Assembly (NCBI GenBank): GCA_001777515.1
Contig: MFEF01000002.1
Coordinates: 5,354-69,353 of the forward strand
Length of the DNA stretch: 64,000 bases
Source of the DNA: Candidatus Doudnabacteria bacterium RIFCSPHIGHO2_01_48_18
GTDB lineage: Bacteria > Patescibacteriota > Doudnabacteria > UBA920 > 2-01-FULL-46-14
Reading direction: 5' to 3'
The notes below the pieces were generated by a model. It did not search any database and had not been told where the DNA came from. It saw nothing but the letters and a program-made list of their open reading frames with translations. Below, in pieces: positions 53,200 through 62,482 of the stretch (position 1 is its first letter; each line of letters begins with the position of its first letter). Made by a program: the position numbers and the translations under genes.

Positions 53200-54417
53200 T
53201 CATGTAAATTTCAGCGTTAAAATTCCTTTGTCATCCTCAAAGCGAAAACTTTCCTTCTTGAATCTGGCATCGCCGATTCGTTGCATCGTCCTTTCTATGT
53301 GTTCTTCCGTGTCCGGTATTTCTGACAATTTTTTTCTCCTGAGCTGGCCAACGATTTCGATAATAAGTTTCCCGTTTTTTGGGTCAGGATGAGGCTTGAT
53401 TACCAGTGGTTCCTGGTTTCGATCAGTCCGCTGCCTTTTGATCAGCTCATCGCGCAGCTTGTCAGCGTATTTGCGCATAGCTGGATTGAGCCAGTCAACA
53501 CCAATTTCCCTGATTTGCTCTAGGCTGATTTTGCCCAGTCTATGAAATTTAATAAAGGGAACGGTGTACTGATTTAACCCCTCTTTGCCTGTTTTATGCC
53601 CGAGAGTCGCTCCTGCTTCGCTGTAGACCTGCTTCGTTTGTTCAAGTACTGTGTTTAGGCCGGCAGGAATTTTGTTGGCGTCGTATATGATGATGGCACG
53701 CAGCGGCCGGATTTTGAGCCAGCTGTCGTTTATATGAGTGCCAGCTTGCGCGGCGCGATGAATGATATCGTCTCTAATGAGTCCGAGTTTTGCGCGTTTT
53801 TGTGATTTCGGAACCTGGAAGAACTTCGGAAAGGACGACTTAGCGATACGAGGCCGGTACCTCGCTATCACAAAGATCAGTACTGCAGAGGCAAGAACGG
53901 CTGCTATAGCCCACAAAATAACCGGCTGCAGATAAGTTACTTTTTCCATCTGTACAGTCGGCAGGGGCAGACTTGGTGGGGGAATCGCCGGTGAAAAAGT
54001 TTTGGGAATGTAGACTGTCTGATCGAGTGCTTGCCGCGGATTTCTGATTTCATTTATCGCGCTCAAGCTTTTTAAACAATCAGGATTTACGTACTGCTGG
54101 CAAATCGCTGCTAGCGATTGATTGTTTGACAGAATCGCAGTTGTTTTAACCTGATCTTTTTGAATCAAGACTTGCCAACCTGGACGAATCAAATGCTTGT
54201 TGCTTCTTACTCGCCCCCGGTTGTCCATTACCAATACCCAATTGGCTTTCCAATTCGCAGCGTTTCGCGTGGCTCGCAGAGCAATACGGCCAACTGTGTC
54301 ACCTTTTTCTACTGCAACTGTTTCATAGTTCTGTTTGTTTGGGATTTGCGCTATCGCCTCTTGGCCATAGGCAAAAAACCCCAGCAGCAAAAAGAACTGG
54401 ATAATTCTTTTATACAT
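53200..54417 (-). CDS. bitopic membrane protein: signal peptide, LysM-like extracellular domain, single TM, ~210-aa cytoplasmic domain
   Basis: N-terminal signal peptide (IIQFFLLLGFFAYGQEAIAQ), LysM-like YETVAVEKGDTVGRIA ... IRPGWQVLI, TM VILWAIAAVLASAVLIFVIA. SD GGAGGA lies before ATG 54417 (the TTG at 54420 is in frame). The gene ends 9 nt before the FtsZ-like gene on the same strand. Confidence 0.55.
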   Translation of the reverse strand: MYKRIIQFFLLLGFFAYGQEAIAQIPNKQNYETVAVEKGDTVGRIALRATRNAANWKANWVLVMDNRGRVRSNKHLIRPGWQVLIQKDQVKTTAILSNNQSLAAICQQYVNPDCLKSLSAINEIRNPRQALDQTVYIPKTFSPAIPPPSLPLPTVQMEKVTYLQPVILWAIAAVLASAVLIFVIARYRPRIAKSSFPKFFQVPKSQKRAKLGLIRDDIIHRAAQAGTHINDSWLKIRPLRAIIIYDANKIPAGLNTVLEQTKQVYSEAGATLGHKTGKEGLNQYTVPFIKFHRLGKISLEQIREIGVDWLNPAMRKYADKLRDELIKRQRTDRNQEPLVIKPHPDPKNGKLIIEIVGQLRRKKLSEIPDTEEHIERTMQRIGDARFKKESFRFEDDKGILTLKFT

Positions 54418-54561
54418 CAATCCTCCGAATTTTGCTTTTGAAAGTTTCTTGCCTGCTTGCAGGACAAGTTATGATTAAAGCTATCAACTCGAAAATAGCG
54501 CTCCTATGTAGAAGCGCACAGAAGAAACAATATTTTTCGTTTCAATTTTTTGCCGATCGCA

Positions 54562-54590
54562 CAATAAAAAATGCCCCGGGAATCGGGGTA
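54562..54590 (-). terminator. hairpin terminator downstream of cysS (bidirectional in form)
   Basis: On the + strand: aaaaaaTGCCCCGggaatCGGGGTAaaattttt. On the minus strand the hairpin is followed by ATTTTTTAT. Confidence 0.5.
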
Positions 54591-54620
54591 AAATTTTTCA
54601 TCAGCTAACTAATATTATAT

Positions 54621-54649
54621 ATTATAGCGAAAATTTTAGTTTTTGTCAA
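54621..54649 (-). promoter_or_regulatory. perfect-consensus sigma70 promoter on minus strand at the 3' end of cysS
   Basis: The minus strand reads TTGACA (54649-54644), 17-nt spacer, TATAAT (54626-54621). It is oriented toward the LysM / FtsZ-like operon, but sits about 30 nt upstream of the hairpin terminator. Confidence 0.45.
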
Positions 54650-56024
54650 TTTTTCTTGTTATGACGCTGCCCTTATTCGTGTCTCTTACAACGAACCCCT
54701 GCCGTTCAATTTCGACCCGAATTTGATCTGATTCGGCCCATTTGTTTTCTTTGCGCAGCGCCTCGCGCAGATCCGCGAGCACCATGATCGCTTCCGGTAA
54801 CGGTTCGTTCAATCTTTCCCAAGCTTCCTTAAGCGATAGGCCGAGCACCTCGTCCATTTTCATAAGAGAAGCGTATTTTTTACTGTCAGCGATGTCTGAA
54901 TGGATCATTTCCCACATTACTGACAGCGCTTTTGGCGTATCAAGATCGTCGTTAATCGCCTCGAAAAATGTTTTTTCAAATTGCTTGGCGCCGGTTTTTC
55001 CTTCTTTGCACTCCGCGAGTTTTTCGTATAAGTTATTTAACGTGTTTTGCGCGCTATCCATAGCGTCCCAGGTGAAATTGAGCTTGGAGCGGTAGTGCCC
55101 CTGTAAAACAAAATAACGATAGGCGAGGGAGTCAAAGTTTTTTTCCGCCAGCTGGTCAAGAGTGATGAGATTGCCTTCGCTTTTGCCCATGCGGCCGCCA
55201 TCTACCATGATAAATTCGGAATGCAGCCAAAAATTGGCGAGCGGTTTGCCCGCGGCAGCCTCGCTTTGCGCCATTTCATTGGTGTGATGCACAGGCACAT
55301 GGTCAATGCCGCCTGTGTGGATGTCGAACGGCTGCCCCAGGTATTTTACTGACATAGCCGAGCATTCAATATGCCACCCAGGGAAACCAATGCCCCAGGG
55401 CGAGTCCCATTCCATATCTCTTTTTGCCGTTGGGGGAGAAAATTTCCATAGCGCGAAATCCGTGGGATTGCGCTTTTCTGGATTGGCCTCGACTCGGGCA
55501 CCTTCTTTGAGGCCTTCGATATCAAGCTGGGCCAGCTTGCCATAATCGGATAGTTTTGCGGTATCAAAATAAATTCCGTCACTGGTCTTATAGGTAAAAC
55601 CTTTTTTCTCAAGCATTTTGACAAGCTCGATCATGTCTTTGATGTGGTCAGTGGCTTTTGAGAGTTTGTCAGGAGTAATGATATTGAGTCTTGCGATATC
55701 ATCCAGAAAAGCATCAGTGTAAAACGAGGCAATCTCCCAGGCTGATTTTTTTTCGCGTTTCTGGGCCACCAGCATTTTGTCCTGGCCCATGTCGCGGTCG
55801 CCGGTCAGGTGTCCCACGTCAGTAATATTCATAATGTGGGTGATTTTGTAACCCTCGGTTTTCAGAGCGCGTTTCAGCACATCAGCAAACAGGTAAGCCC
55901 GGAGATTGCCAATATGGGCATAGTCGTAAACCGTGGGACCACAGGTGTAAATACCCACATTTTTGCCATTCAGCGGTTTGAAAATTTCCTTTTTGCGACC
56001 GAGCGTGTTCAGCAGTTTGATCAT
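54636..56024 (-). CDS. cysS: cysteine--tRNA ligase
   Basis: [44 protein letters not shown] (HIGH region) and KMSKS (RMGKSEGN). Confidence 0.9.
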   Translation of the reverse strand: MIKLLNTLGRKKEIFKPLNGKNVGIYTCGPTVYDYAHIGNLRAYLFADVLKRALKTEGYKITHIMNITDVGHLTGDRDMGQDKMLVAQKREKKSAWEIASFYTDAFLDDIARLNIITPDKLSKATDHIKDMIELVKMLEKKGFTYKTSDGIYFDTAKLSDYGKLAQLDIEGLKEGARVEANPEKRNPTDFALWKFSPPTAKRDMEWDSPWGIGFPGWHIECSAMSVKYLGQPFDIHTGGIDHVPVHHTNEMAQSEAAAGKPLANFWLHSEFIMVDGGRMGKSEGNLITLDQLAEKNFDSLAYRYFVLQGHYRSKLNFTWDAMDSAQNTLNNLYEKLAECKEGKTGAKQFEKTFFEAINDDLDTPKALSVMWEMIHSDIADSKKYASLMKMDEVLGLSLKEAWERLNEPLPEAIMVLADLREALRKENKWAESDQIRVEIERQGFVVRDTNKGSVITRKIDKN

Positions 56025-56078
56025 AGCCTAATATTAGCAGAAGGGCGGAAGTCATAGTAGACTACCGCCCTTGCGTTC

Positions 56079-56750
56079 TCAAAGCGATTTGACTTTGCCG
56101 AGAAACGACCCGCACAGCAAGATAAATGATTTCCAGCCAAGACCGTACGCGATCCAATCCAGCGGCCAAAAGGCAGTACTGACAAACAGGACGATGCATA
56201 TCATGAGACAGATCTCAGATACCATTTTTGCTTTTCCAATGCCGGTGGATTTCAGTTTTTTTAGAACGTCTGCCACAGGCGTACCAATCAGAACTGAGAT
56301 CACGAAAAACAAAACCGCCAAAGTTCCATAGGCGATTTCGCCAGCAGCTATCCAAAGCATGAAATTTTCACGGAAAGCATCATAGTAGTAAATAGTGAAG
56401 AGGATTCCCACGATGAATGCCTTGTCAGTGAGTGAATCAAGCAAGCCGCCAAGCGACGATTCGGATTTGCCTTCTTTTCTGGCCATGATTCCGTCGATGT
56501 TGTCTGTCCAGGCCGCGGCAATGATTGCCAGCAGCGCCAGGATATATTGCTGATAAGCGATTAGCGCGCAAATTCCCGGCGTGGAAATGAGTCTAGTGGC
56601 GGTAATTTGGTCCGAGGTATAGCCGCGCCTCCGAAGCCAGTCGGCTTGCGGTTCGGCTGCTCTCGCGAGAATTTCGCGACCTTGAATGAGCAGGCCGTCA
56701 GTTCTCGAGCACACAGCGCCCCACGTTTGGACGATTACGGCGACAGCCAT
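56079..56750 (-). CDS. CDP-alcohol phosphatidyltransferase family protein (PgsA/PssA-like)
   Basis: Perfect family motif D-x2-DG-x2-AR-x8-G-x3-D-x3-D: DNIDGIMARKEGKSESSLGGLLDSLTDK. Confidence 0.8.
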   Translation of the reverse strand: MAVAVIVQTWGAVCSRTDGLLIQGREILARAAEPQADWLRRRGYTSDQITATRLISTPGICALIAYQQYILALLAIIAAAWTDNIDGIMARKEGKSESSLGGLLDSLTDKAFIVGILFTIYYYDAFRENFMLWIAAGEIAYGTLAVLFFVISVLIGTPVADVLKKLKSTGIGKAKMVSEICLMICIVLFVSTAFWPLDWIAYGLGWKSFILLCGSFLGKVKSL

Positions 56751-56788
56751 AATTTCCTCCTTTGATTGAGATGAGAATTACGAAAATT

Positions 56789-57709
56789 TTAAAACCATTT
56801 TTTGCTTTTGAAAATCCACAGCATGCCAAGTGAAGCGGCTGCCATGAATAAAGCCACGATCCAGAACCCCTGGGGGTGATCGGAAAAAGGCATGCCGCGC
56901 ATGTCTACCGCGAATATGAACGCGACAAGAGTTGCCGGGATAGCGATGGCCGAAAAAATGGAAATTGTCTTGGTGATTTCATTCAGGCGATGACTGACGA
57001 GCGATTGATAAGTTTCAGCCAAAGCATCAGCGGTTTCTTTCTGCGCCTCCAGGATATCCCAAATGTTTTCGTAGTATTCAAGCAGATCACGGTAATATAG
57101 TTTTGATTGCGGAAAATTTAAATAAATAGTTGTGCGTTTCGGCAATTTTTCCAGTACATAGCGGTGGGTTTTCATCATTTTCCGGAATTCGATAATATTT
57201 TTTTTCATGAGTGTAATTTGGGAAAGCACGTTTTCGCCGCGATGATGAAAGACGCCTTTTTCGATCACGCCGATATCCTCGCTCATGTGATCGAGAATCG
57301 GGTAAGACCGCTTGAATAGGCTTTCTAAAACCTTGTAGAGCAGGTAGCCCGCCCCTTTTTGCATGAAAGCATTTCTAATATCTGTGGAATTTCGGGTTTC
57401 ATTAAAAAGGTTTTTTAGAGTGAATATCTGGCCGTAATGAACGGTGATGATGAGGTTTTTGCTGACAAAGAAATCTACTTCGCCGTTGACTATTTCCTGG
57501 GTCTGCCGGTCATAAACCGGAAAGAGCAGCACCATGAAATCGTAGCCATCGCCCTCGTCAATATGGGGCCGCTGCTGATATTCGGTGACCGCGCTTAGAT
57601 GCAGATTATGAAATTTGAAATTGGCGCGGAGCCACTCCACGTCTTCGGGCTTGGGATCTGTGATGTCAATCCACCGGAGGTTTTTTGTGTAAATAGTTTG
57701 TGCAGGCAT
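56789..57709 (-). CDS. CorA-family divalent cation transporter paralog with GMP in place of the GMN motif
   Basis: CorA architecture: cytoplasmic N-domain, two C-terminal TMs and a basic tail KSKKWF. The signature position reads FAVDMRGMPF instead of YGMNF. Confidence 0.6.
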   Translation of the reverse strand: MPAQTIYTKNLRWIDITDPKPEDVEWLRANFKFHNLHLSAVTEYQQRPHIDEGDGYDFMVLLFPVYDRQTQEIVNGEVDFFVSKNLIITVHYGQIFTLKNLFNETRNSTDIRNAFMQKGAGYLLYKVLESLFKRSYPILDHMSEDIGVIEKGVFHHRGENVLSQITLMKKNIIEFRKMMKTHRYVLEKLPKRTTIYLNFPQSKLYYRDLLEYYENIWDILEAQKETADALAETYQSLVSHRLNEITKTISIFSAIAIPATLVAFIFAVDMRGMPFSDHPQGFWIVALFMAAASLGMLWIFKSKKWF

Positions 57710-57733
57710 TTTGTTTCAGAAACAGTATAGCAG

Positions 57734-58720
57734 CTAAAGTTGCGCGAGAGAAAGAATTTCCGTGATCTGGAACAGAACGAACATCAGATAGACTACAATA
57801 AGCACTGCTCCTTCCGCGGGAGCCAGGCGGTTTTTGTGCCGTGAAAAAATAAAAAATAGCACATAGCCCAAAATGATGATGAAAAATATCGGCGTGAAGC
57901 CGCGTGTTTCAAGCTGGAACGACCCGTGGATAAAAGTCAGAATCGCGAATAAAGCTACGTTCGTCGCGGCCGAGCCGATGTAATCGCCAAACGCGATTTC
58001 GGAATGTCGATTTTTCATCGCTCTCGCGGCGATGGTTAGTTCCGGCAGATTGGTTCCGATTGAAAGAACAAGAAGACTAATCAGCAGAGAAGGCACCCCC
58101 AGGGCTTCGGAGAGGGAAATTGTTTGCTCGACCAAGATTTTACCGGCAATGTAAATCAATATTGCTCCAATCACGATCGCGAGCAGATCCCTGCTCAGGC
58201 GGTTTTTTTTGCTGGACTGCTCGAGTTTGTCCAAAATGCGCTGTTCGCGCTGAAACAAGTTTATAAACAGCAAATAGAGAATCAAAAGCAGCCAGGCGTC
58301 AGAAATGCTAACTTGTCCATCCAGCGTTACAAAGGACGGAGCGGCGATGAGGACTAAAAAGAATAAAAGTTTTTTCAGGTCCAATTTGCGGCGGAAAGCA
58401 ATACCGCCGTTCCAGATCGCAAGCATTGGAACGATCAGCATCAAAATCACGAATGAACCGCCGATAAGGTTTCCGACAAAGATAGACGGTTTTTTATCCA
58501 GTACCGCGTTGAGACCAACCGAAATCTCAGTGAGCGAGGTTAAAAATCCCAGAATAAGGAAAGATGTGGCGAATGAGGAAATTTTGGTGCTTTTTGAAAA
58601 GCGTTCCACGCCCCTGACAATCAAGCCGGAAGCAACCCAAATGATGCATAGGCCCAAAATAAAGAAAAACAAATTCGCGATAAGCATATTTTCAATGTAC
58701 CATATTTGTGAAATTGTCAA
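57734..58720 (-). CDS. Ca2+/cation antiporter (CaCA family, YrbG-like)
   Basis: Two alpha-repeat motifs: GTSLTEISVGL-like (FLTSLTEISVGLNA) and GTNLPELTIAARA. About 10 TM segments. Confidence 0.75.
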   Translation of the reverse strand: MTISQIWYIENMLIANLFFFILGLCIIWVASGLIVRGVERFSKSTKISSFATSFLILGFLTSLTEISVGLNAVLDKKPSIFVGNLIGGSFVILMLIVPMLAIWNGGIAFRRKLDLKKLLFFLVLIAAPSFVTLDGQVSISDAWLLLILYLLFINLFQREQRILDKLEQSSKKNRLSRDLLAIVIGAILIYIAGKILVEQTISLSEALGVPSLLISLLVLSIGTNLPELTIAARAMKNRHSEIAFGDYIGSAATNVALFAILTFIHGSFQLETRGFTPIFFIIILGYVLFFIFSRHKNRLAPAEGAVLIVVYLMFVLFQITEILSLAQL

Positions 58721-58765
58721 AATGCCGTAATTGTTGTATAATTTTTTTAAAAGCTAACATATTTT

Positions 58766-59299
58766 ATGGATACTGGCGCTGGCGCGATCGCTAAACTGAG
58801 CGAAGAGTTTTCCCGGCATGTCACGAACGGAAAACTTGGGCAATTTTTTCCTTCAATGCAGGCGAGTACTGCCGTGAGCATGCTTACGCGCGATCTGGAA
58901 ATGAAACGCGAATTGGGGCATTTGTCTGACGCTGAAAAGGCAATCCTCAGTCAAATTGACGATTTGTGGGAAGATATAGCTAAATATAACCAAAGCGCGG
59001 ACAAGAACACGCCGCCTCCGGCAGAACAGGTTTATAACCTCGCGGAAAGCAAAATGCAGGACGTACCGGAAGAAGCAGCGCCCCCTGCTCATCAGCCGAT
59101 TTCGTACGAGCAAGCGGATCAGATCATCGAGGGCTTGAACAAGCAGTTTGAGGAAAAAATCATGAGCAAACAGCGGCACGATTTGGAAGCTGGACGAAAT
59201 TTGCAGGAATATATGGCCGCGGTTCAAAACAAAAAACTGCGCATTCCCTTTGCTGGAGAAGAAAGCCAGATTGATTTGAGCAAGCTTAAAAGCGCGTAG
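58766..59299 (+). CDS. hypothetical acidic protein (177 aa)
   Basis: First gene of a tightly spaced + strand operon. Low-complexity acidic and Pro-rich middle region. No family recognised. Confidence 0.4.
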   Translation: MDTGAGAIAKLSEEFSRHVTNGKLGQFFPSMQASTAVSMLTRDLEMKRELGHLSDAEKAILSQIDDLWEDIAKYNQSADKNTPPPAEQVYNLAESKMQDVPEEAAPPAHQPISYEQADQIIEGLNKQFEEKIMSKQRHDLEAGRNLQEYMAAVQNKKLRIPFAGEESQIDLSKLKSA

Positions 59300-59300
59300 C

Positions 59301-59645
59301 GTGTATTACGATTTAGAACAAAAAATCGAAGACTATTCCGAAGAGCTGTTTATTGACCTGGGCTTGGCGACCCTCACGGAAGAAACCAAGGCTGACCTTT
59401 TCGCGCGGGTGCAAAATCATTTGCACCAGGTCATCGCGGAAATAGTTAAGCAATATTTGCCCGCCCCAGATGTCACGAAAATCAATCAAGCTCTCAGTGA
59501 AGAAGACTATCGCGCGCTCGATGTGGTCCTAAAAAATTACCCGCAGTACAAAGAGCAATTGGAAACAAAAATAGACGAAGAATTTGCAAAATTAAAACAA
59601 ACAATTTCCGAGGAACAAACGAATGCCAGACTTCAATCGAGCTAA
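59301..59645 (+). CDS. hypothetical acidic helical protein (114 aa)
   Basis: Lies 1 nt after the previous stop. Predicted all-alpha, acidic. Confidence 0.4.
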   Translation: MYYDLEQKIEDYSEELFIDLGLATLTEETKADLFARVQNHLHQVIAEIVKQYLPAPDVTKINQALSEEDYRALDVVLKNYPQYKEQLETKIDEEFAKLKQTISEEQTNARLQSS

Positions 59646-59982
59646 AGGTGAGAAATCCGATTTTGAACACATTCCGCCACAAGAAACCAAAGACGTAGCA
59701 GAGAATTTGCCAGATGGCGCAACGGCTCAAGATCTGCAAAGCGAAGTTGTGACCGCGGAAGTTCCTTCTTTGGAACTCCCAGATATAGTAAATCCAGAAC
59801 CGGACACGGGGAATCGCGGCGAGCTCCATCCTGCATTGGTTGGAGTAAAGGGCTTGGAATTTGCCAGAAGAGTTATCTCTGAAACTGCCCGCAAAAAGGC
59901 GGTTTCAGCTGCAGACCTGGAGCAGGTCAACGACCTGCTCAGCGAGCACATAGAACAAAGAAACAAAGACCAAAATGGCTGA
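59623..59982 (+). CDS. hypothetical acidic protein (119 aa)
   Basis: Overlaps its neighbours on both sides, consistent with translational coupling into the ATPase gene. Confidence 0.35.
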   Translation: MPDFNRAKGEKSDFEHIPPQETKDVAENLPDGATAQDLQSEVVTAEVPSLELPDIVNPEPDTGNRGELHPALVGVKGLEFARRVISETARKKAVSAADLEQVNDLLSEHIEQRNKDQNG

Positions 59983-62482
59983 ACAAATGTTTATTATTTT
60001 GCCTTGGCTGCTGGCCGCGTTAATAGTCGGCCTGGCAGCGGTTTTTTGGTACCGCGGAAAGCTGCGTCTGCGCCTCGCTGGCGAGAAACTTCTTGATTCC
60101 GTGTTCCTAGAGGTTTTGCTACCGCGCGAAAATACAGTAGCGGACAAAGAAAAAGAACCGGCCAAGGAAGAAAAAGAAATGATTGCGGTGGCGGAGCAGC
60201 TGTTTGCCACTTTGGGCCACGCGGAAAAAAGAAATTTTACTACTTTTTTGCGGGGGCACGAAACGATCAGTTTTGAGATCATAAGCGTGGACAAGAAAAT
60301 TTCTTTTTTGATCAACTGTCCGAGCCGCCTGCGCGATCTGCTGGAAAAGCAGATTCAGGCGCAATATCCGACGGCCCAGATCGACGAGGTGTTGCCGCCG
60401 AAAATCATTCGCAGTTCGGGAAAAATCGCGGCCCATGAGCTTGGACTGCAAAAAAAATACCTGTTTCCGATTAAAACCTACAAGGTCATGGAAAGCGATC
60501 CACTGAACGCGTTGGCAAACAGCCTGTCAAAACTCGGCGAAAAGGAATCAGCGGCATTACAGCTTGTGGTAGGTCCGGCGCCTTTAGGTTGGCGGGCGAA
60601 GATATTGCAGAGGGCCAGAGAAATCCAAAAAGGCCGTGACATTGAAATGCATGATGACTTTTTACTTAAAGTTCTAAATGTAATTGCCAGCGAAATCGGA
60701 GAGTTTATTTCCGGTAGCCCGCGCGGACAGAAATCTCCGCCTCCAGACGGAACCGACCCCGTGAAGGGAGCGTACAAGCAGCTCACCCCGCTTCAGCAGG
60801 ACGCTGTAAAAAAACTCGAAGAAAAGGCGTCAAAAAACGCGTTTGAGGTGAATTTGCGCGCGGTGGTATGCTCGGAAACCGCAGAAGCAGCGGCAAGCCA
60901 CATGCGTAATATCCTGGCTTCTTTTATGCAATACACGCATTCGCCGTTTAACGGCTTTCGGATTTTGCGAAAACCTCTTGCCAGGACCGCCAGGGACTAT
61001 GTGTTTCGCGCGCTGCAGGTCAAATGGCCGGGGAAAATTATTCTCAACACCGAAGAGCTGTCGAGTATATTTCATTTCCCGACAAAATACAATCAAACAC
61101 CCAATATCAAATGGCTGACGGCGAAACGCGCGCCGGCTCCTTTGAATATTCCAAAGGCCGGCTTGCTTTTGGGCATGAATAATTACCGTGGGGTCAAGAC
61201 TGAGGTCAGAATCGCCCCTGATGACCGCCGTCGGCATATGTACATTATCGGGCGCACGGGTACTGGCAAATCAGAGTTCATGAAAAACCTGGCGATTCAG
61301 GATATTCAAAACGGACAAGGACTGGCGGTTATAGATCCCCACGGTGATCTGGTTGAATCGCTCCTGCAGCACATTCCCAAAAACCGCGTTGACGATGTGG
61401 TGCTATTCGAGCCGTTTGATATGGCGCGCCCCATGGGTTTAAATATGCTCGAGGTTGATAATGACGAAGAAAAAGATTTCGCGGTCCAGGAAATGATTGA
61501 AATTTTTTACAAACTGTTTCCACCGGAAATGATCGGACCTATGTTTGAGCACAACATGAGAAATGTCATGCTAACTCTTATGGCGGACAAGCAGTATCCG
61601 GGAACGATCGCAGAAATACCACGGATGTTTACTGATCCCGAGTTTCAGCGCTATAAATTGACCAAGGTCAACGATCCGGTCGTCCGGTCTTTCTGGGAGC
61701 AGGAAATGGCCAAGACCAGTGATTTTCATAAATCAGAAATGCTGGGCTATCTGATTTCCAAGGTTGGCCGCTTCGTGGAGAACGAAATGATGCGCAATAT
61801 CATCGGACAATCGCATTCTGCTTTCAATTTCCGAAAGATCATGGACGAGGGGAAGATATTGCTCATAAATTTATCAAAAGGCAAGACGGGCGAGGTCAAC
61901 TCGAAATTGCTCGGACTGATCATTGTCTCCAAACTGCAAATGGGCGCGCTGTCGCGGTCTGACATTCCAGAAACCAGCCGCAAGGATTTTTATTTGTATA
62001 TTGACGAGTTTCAAAATTTTGTCACAGACAGTTTGGCAACCATTCTTTCCGAAGCCAGAAAATATCGCTTAAACTTGGTTATGGCCCACCAGTACATCAG
62101 CCAGCTCGTGCACGAAAACAATACCAAAATCAGAGACGCTGTTTTTGGCAATGCTGGCACAATTGTTTCATTTCGTATTGGCGTCGAGGACGCAGAAATC
62201 ATGGCTAGAGAATTCTCGCCAGTGTTCAACGATTTTGACGTGATTAATGTCGAACGGTTTCATGCTTATGTAAAACTGATGCTCAATGGCACCGCCTCGC
62301 GTTCCTTTAACCTCGAGACCATCCTCCCAGCGAGAGATGGGTCCGAATCAATGGCCGCGGCTGTCAAAAAACTCTCGAAGCTAAAATACGGCCGGTTGAG
62401 AGATGAGGTGGAAGCGGAAATTTCTCGCAACGCCCGGCTTGGCAAAATGCCAGCGGCCGCCGGCATTGAAAGAACAGTATGA
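59975..62482 (+). CDS. membrane-anchored FtsK/HerA-superfamily ATPase, VirD4/TrwB/TraG (type IV coupling protein)-like
   Basis: N-terminal TM (ILPWLLAALIVGLAAVFWY). Walker A HMYIIGRTGTGKSEFMKNL followed by AVIDPHGDL (cf. TrwB GATGTGKS ... IVDPNGD). Walker B FYLYIDEFQNFV. Arginine-finger/sensor region RKYRLNLVMAHQYISQL. Confidence 0.55.
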   Translation: MAEQMFIILPWLLAALIVGLAAVFWYRGKLRLRLAGEKLLDSVFLEVLLPRENTVADKEKEPAKEEKEMIAVAEQLFATLGHAEKRNFTTFLRGHETISFEIISVDKKISFLINCPSRLRDLLEKQIQAQYPTAQIDEVLPPKIIRSSGKIAAHELGLQKKYLFPIKTYKVMESDPLNALANSLSKLGEKESAALQLVVGPAPLGWRAKILQRAREIQKGRDIEMHDDFLLKVLNVIASEIGEFISGSPRGQKSPPPDGTDPVKGAYKQLTPLQQDAVKKLEEKASKNAFEVNLRAVVCSETAEAAASHMRNILASFMQYTHSPFNGFRILRKPLARTARDYVFRALQVKWPGKIILNTEELSSIFHFPTKYNQTPNIKWLTAKRAPAPLNIPKAGLLLGMNNYRGVKTEVRIAPDDRRRHMYIIGRTGTGKSEFMKNLAIQDIQNGQGLAVIDPHGDLVESLLQHIPKNRVDDVVLFEPFDMARPMGLNMLEVDNDEEKDFAVQEMIEIFYKLFPPEMIGPMFEHNMRNVMLTLMADKQYPGTIAEIPRMFTDPEFQRYKLTKVNDPVVRSFWEQEMAKTSDFHKSEMLGYLISKVGRFVENEMMRNIIGQSHSAFNFRKIMDEGKILLINLSKGKTGEVNSKLLGLIIVSKLQMGALSRSDIPETSRKDFYLYIDEFQNFVTDSLATILSEARKYRLNLVMAHQYISQLVHENNTKIRDAVFGNAGTIVSFRIGVEDAEIMAREFSPVFNDFDVINVERFHAYVKLMLNGTASRSFNLETILPARDGSESMAAAVKKLSKLKYGRLRDEVEAEISRNARLGKMPAAAGIERTV

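Noticed and set aside
51517-54420. Idea that the FtsZ-like/LysM operon sits in a GC-atypical genomic island
   Set aside because: On re-reading, the flanking genes (recR, dnaB, cysS) have similar GC of roughly 50%. No integrase, tRNA or direct repeats bound the locus, so an island call is not supported.
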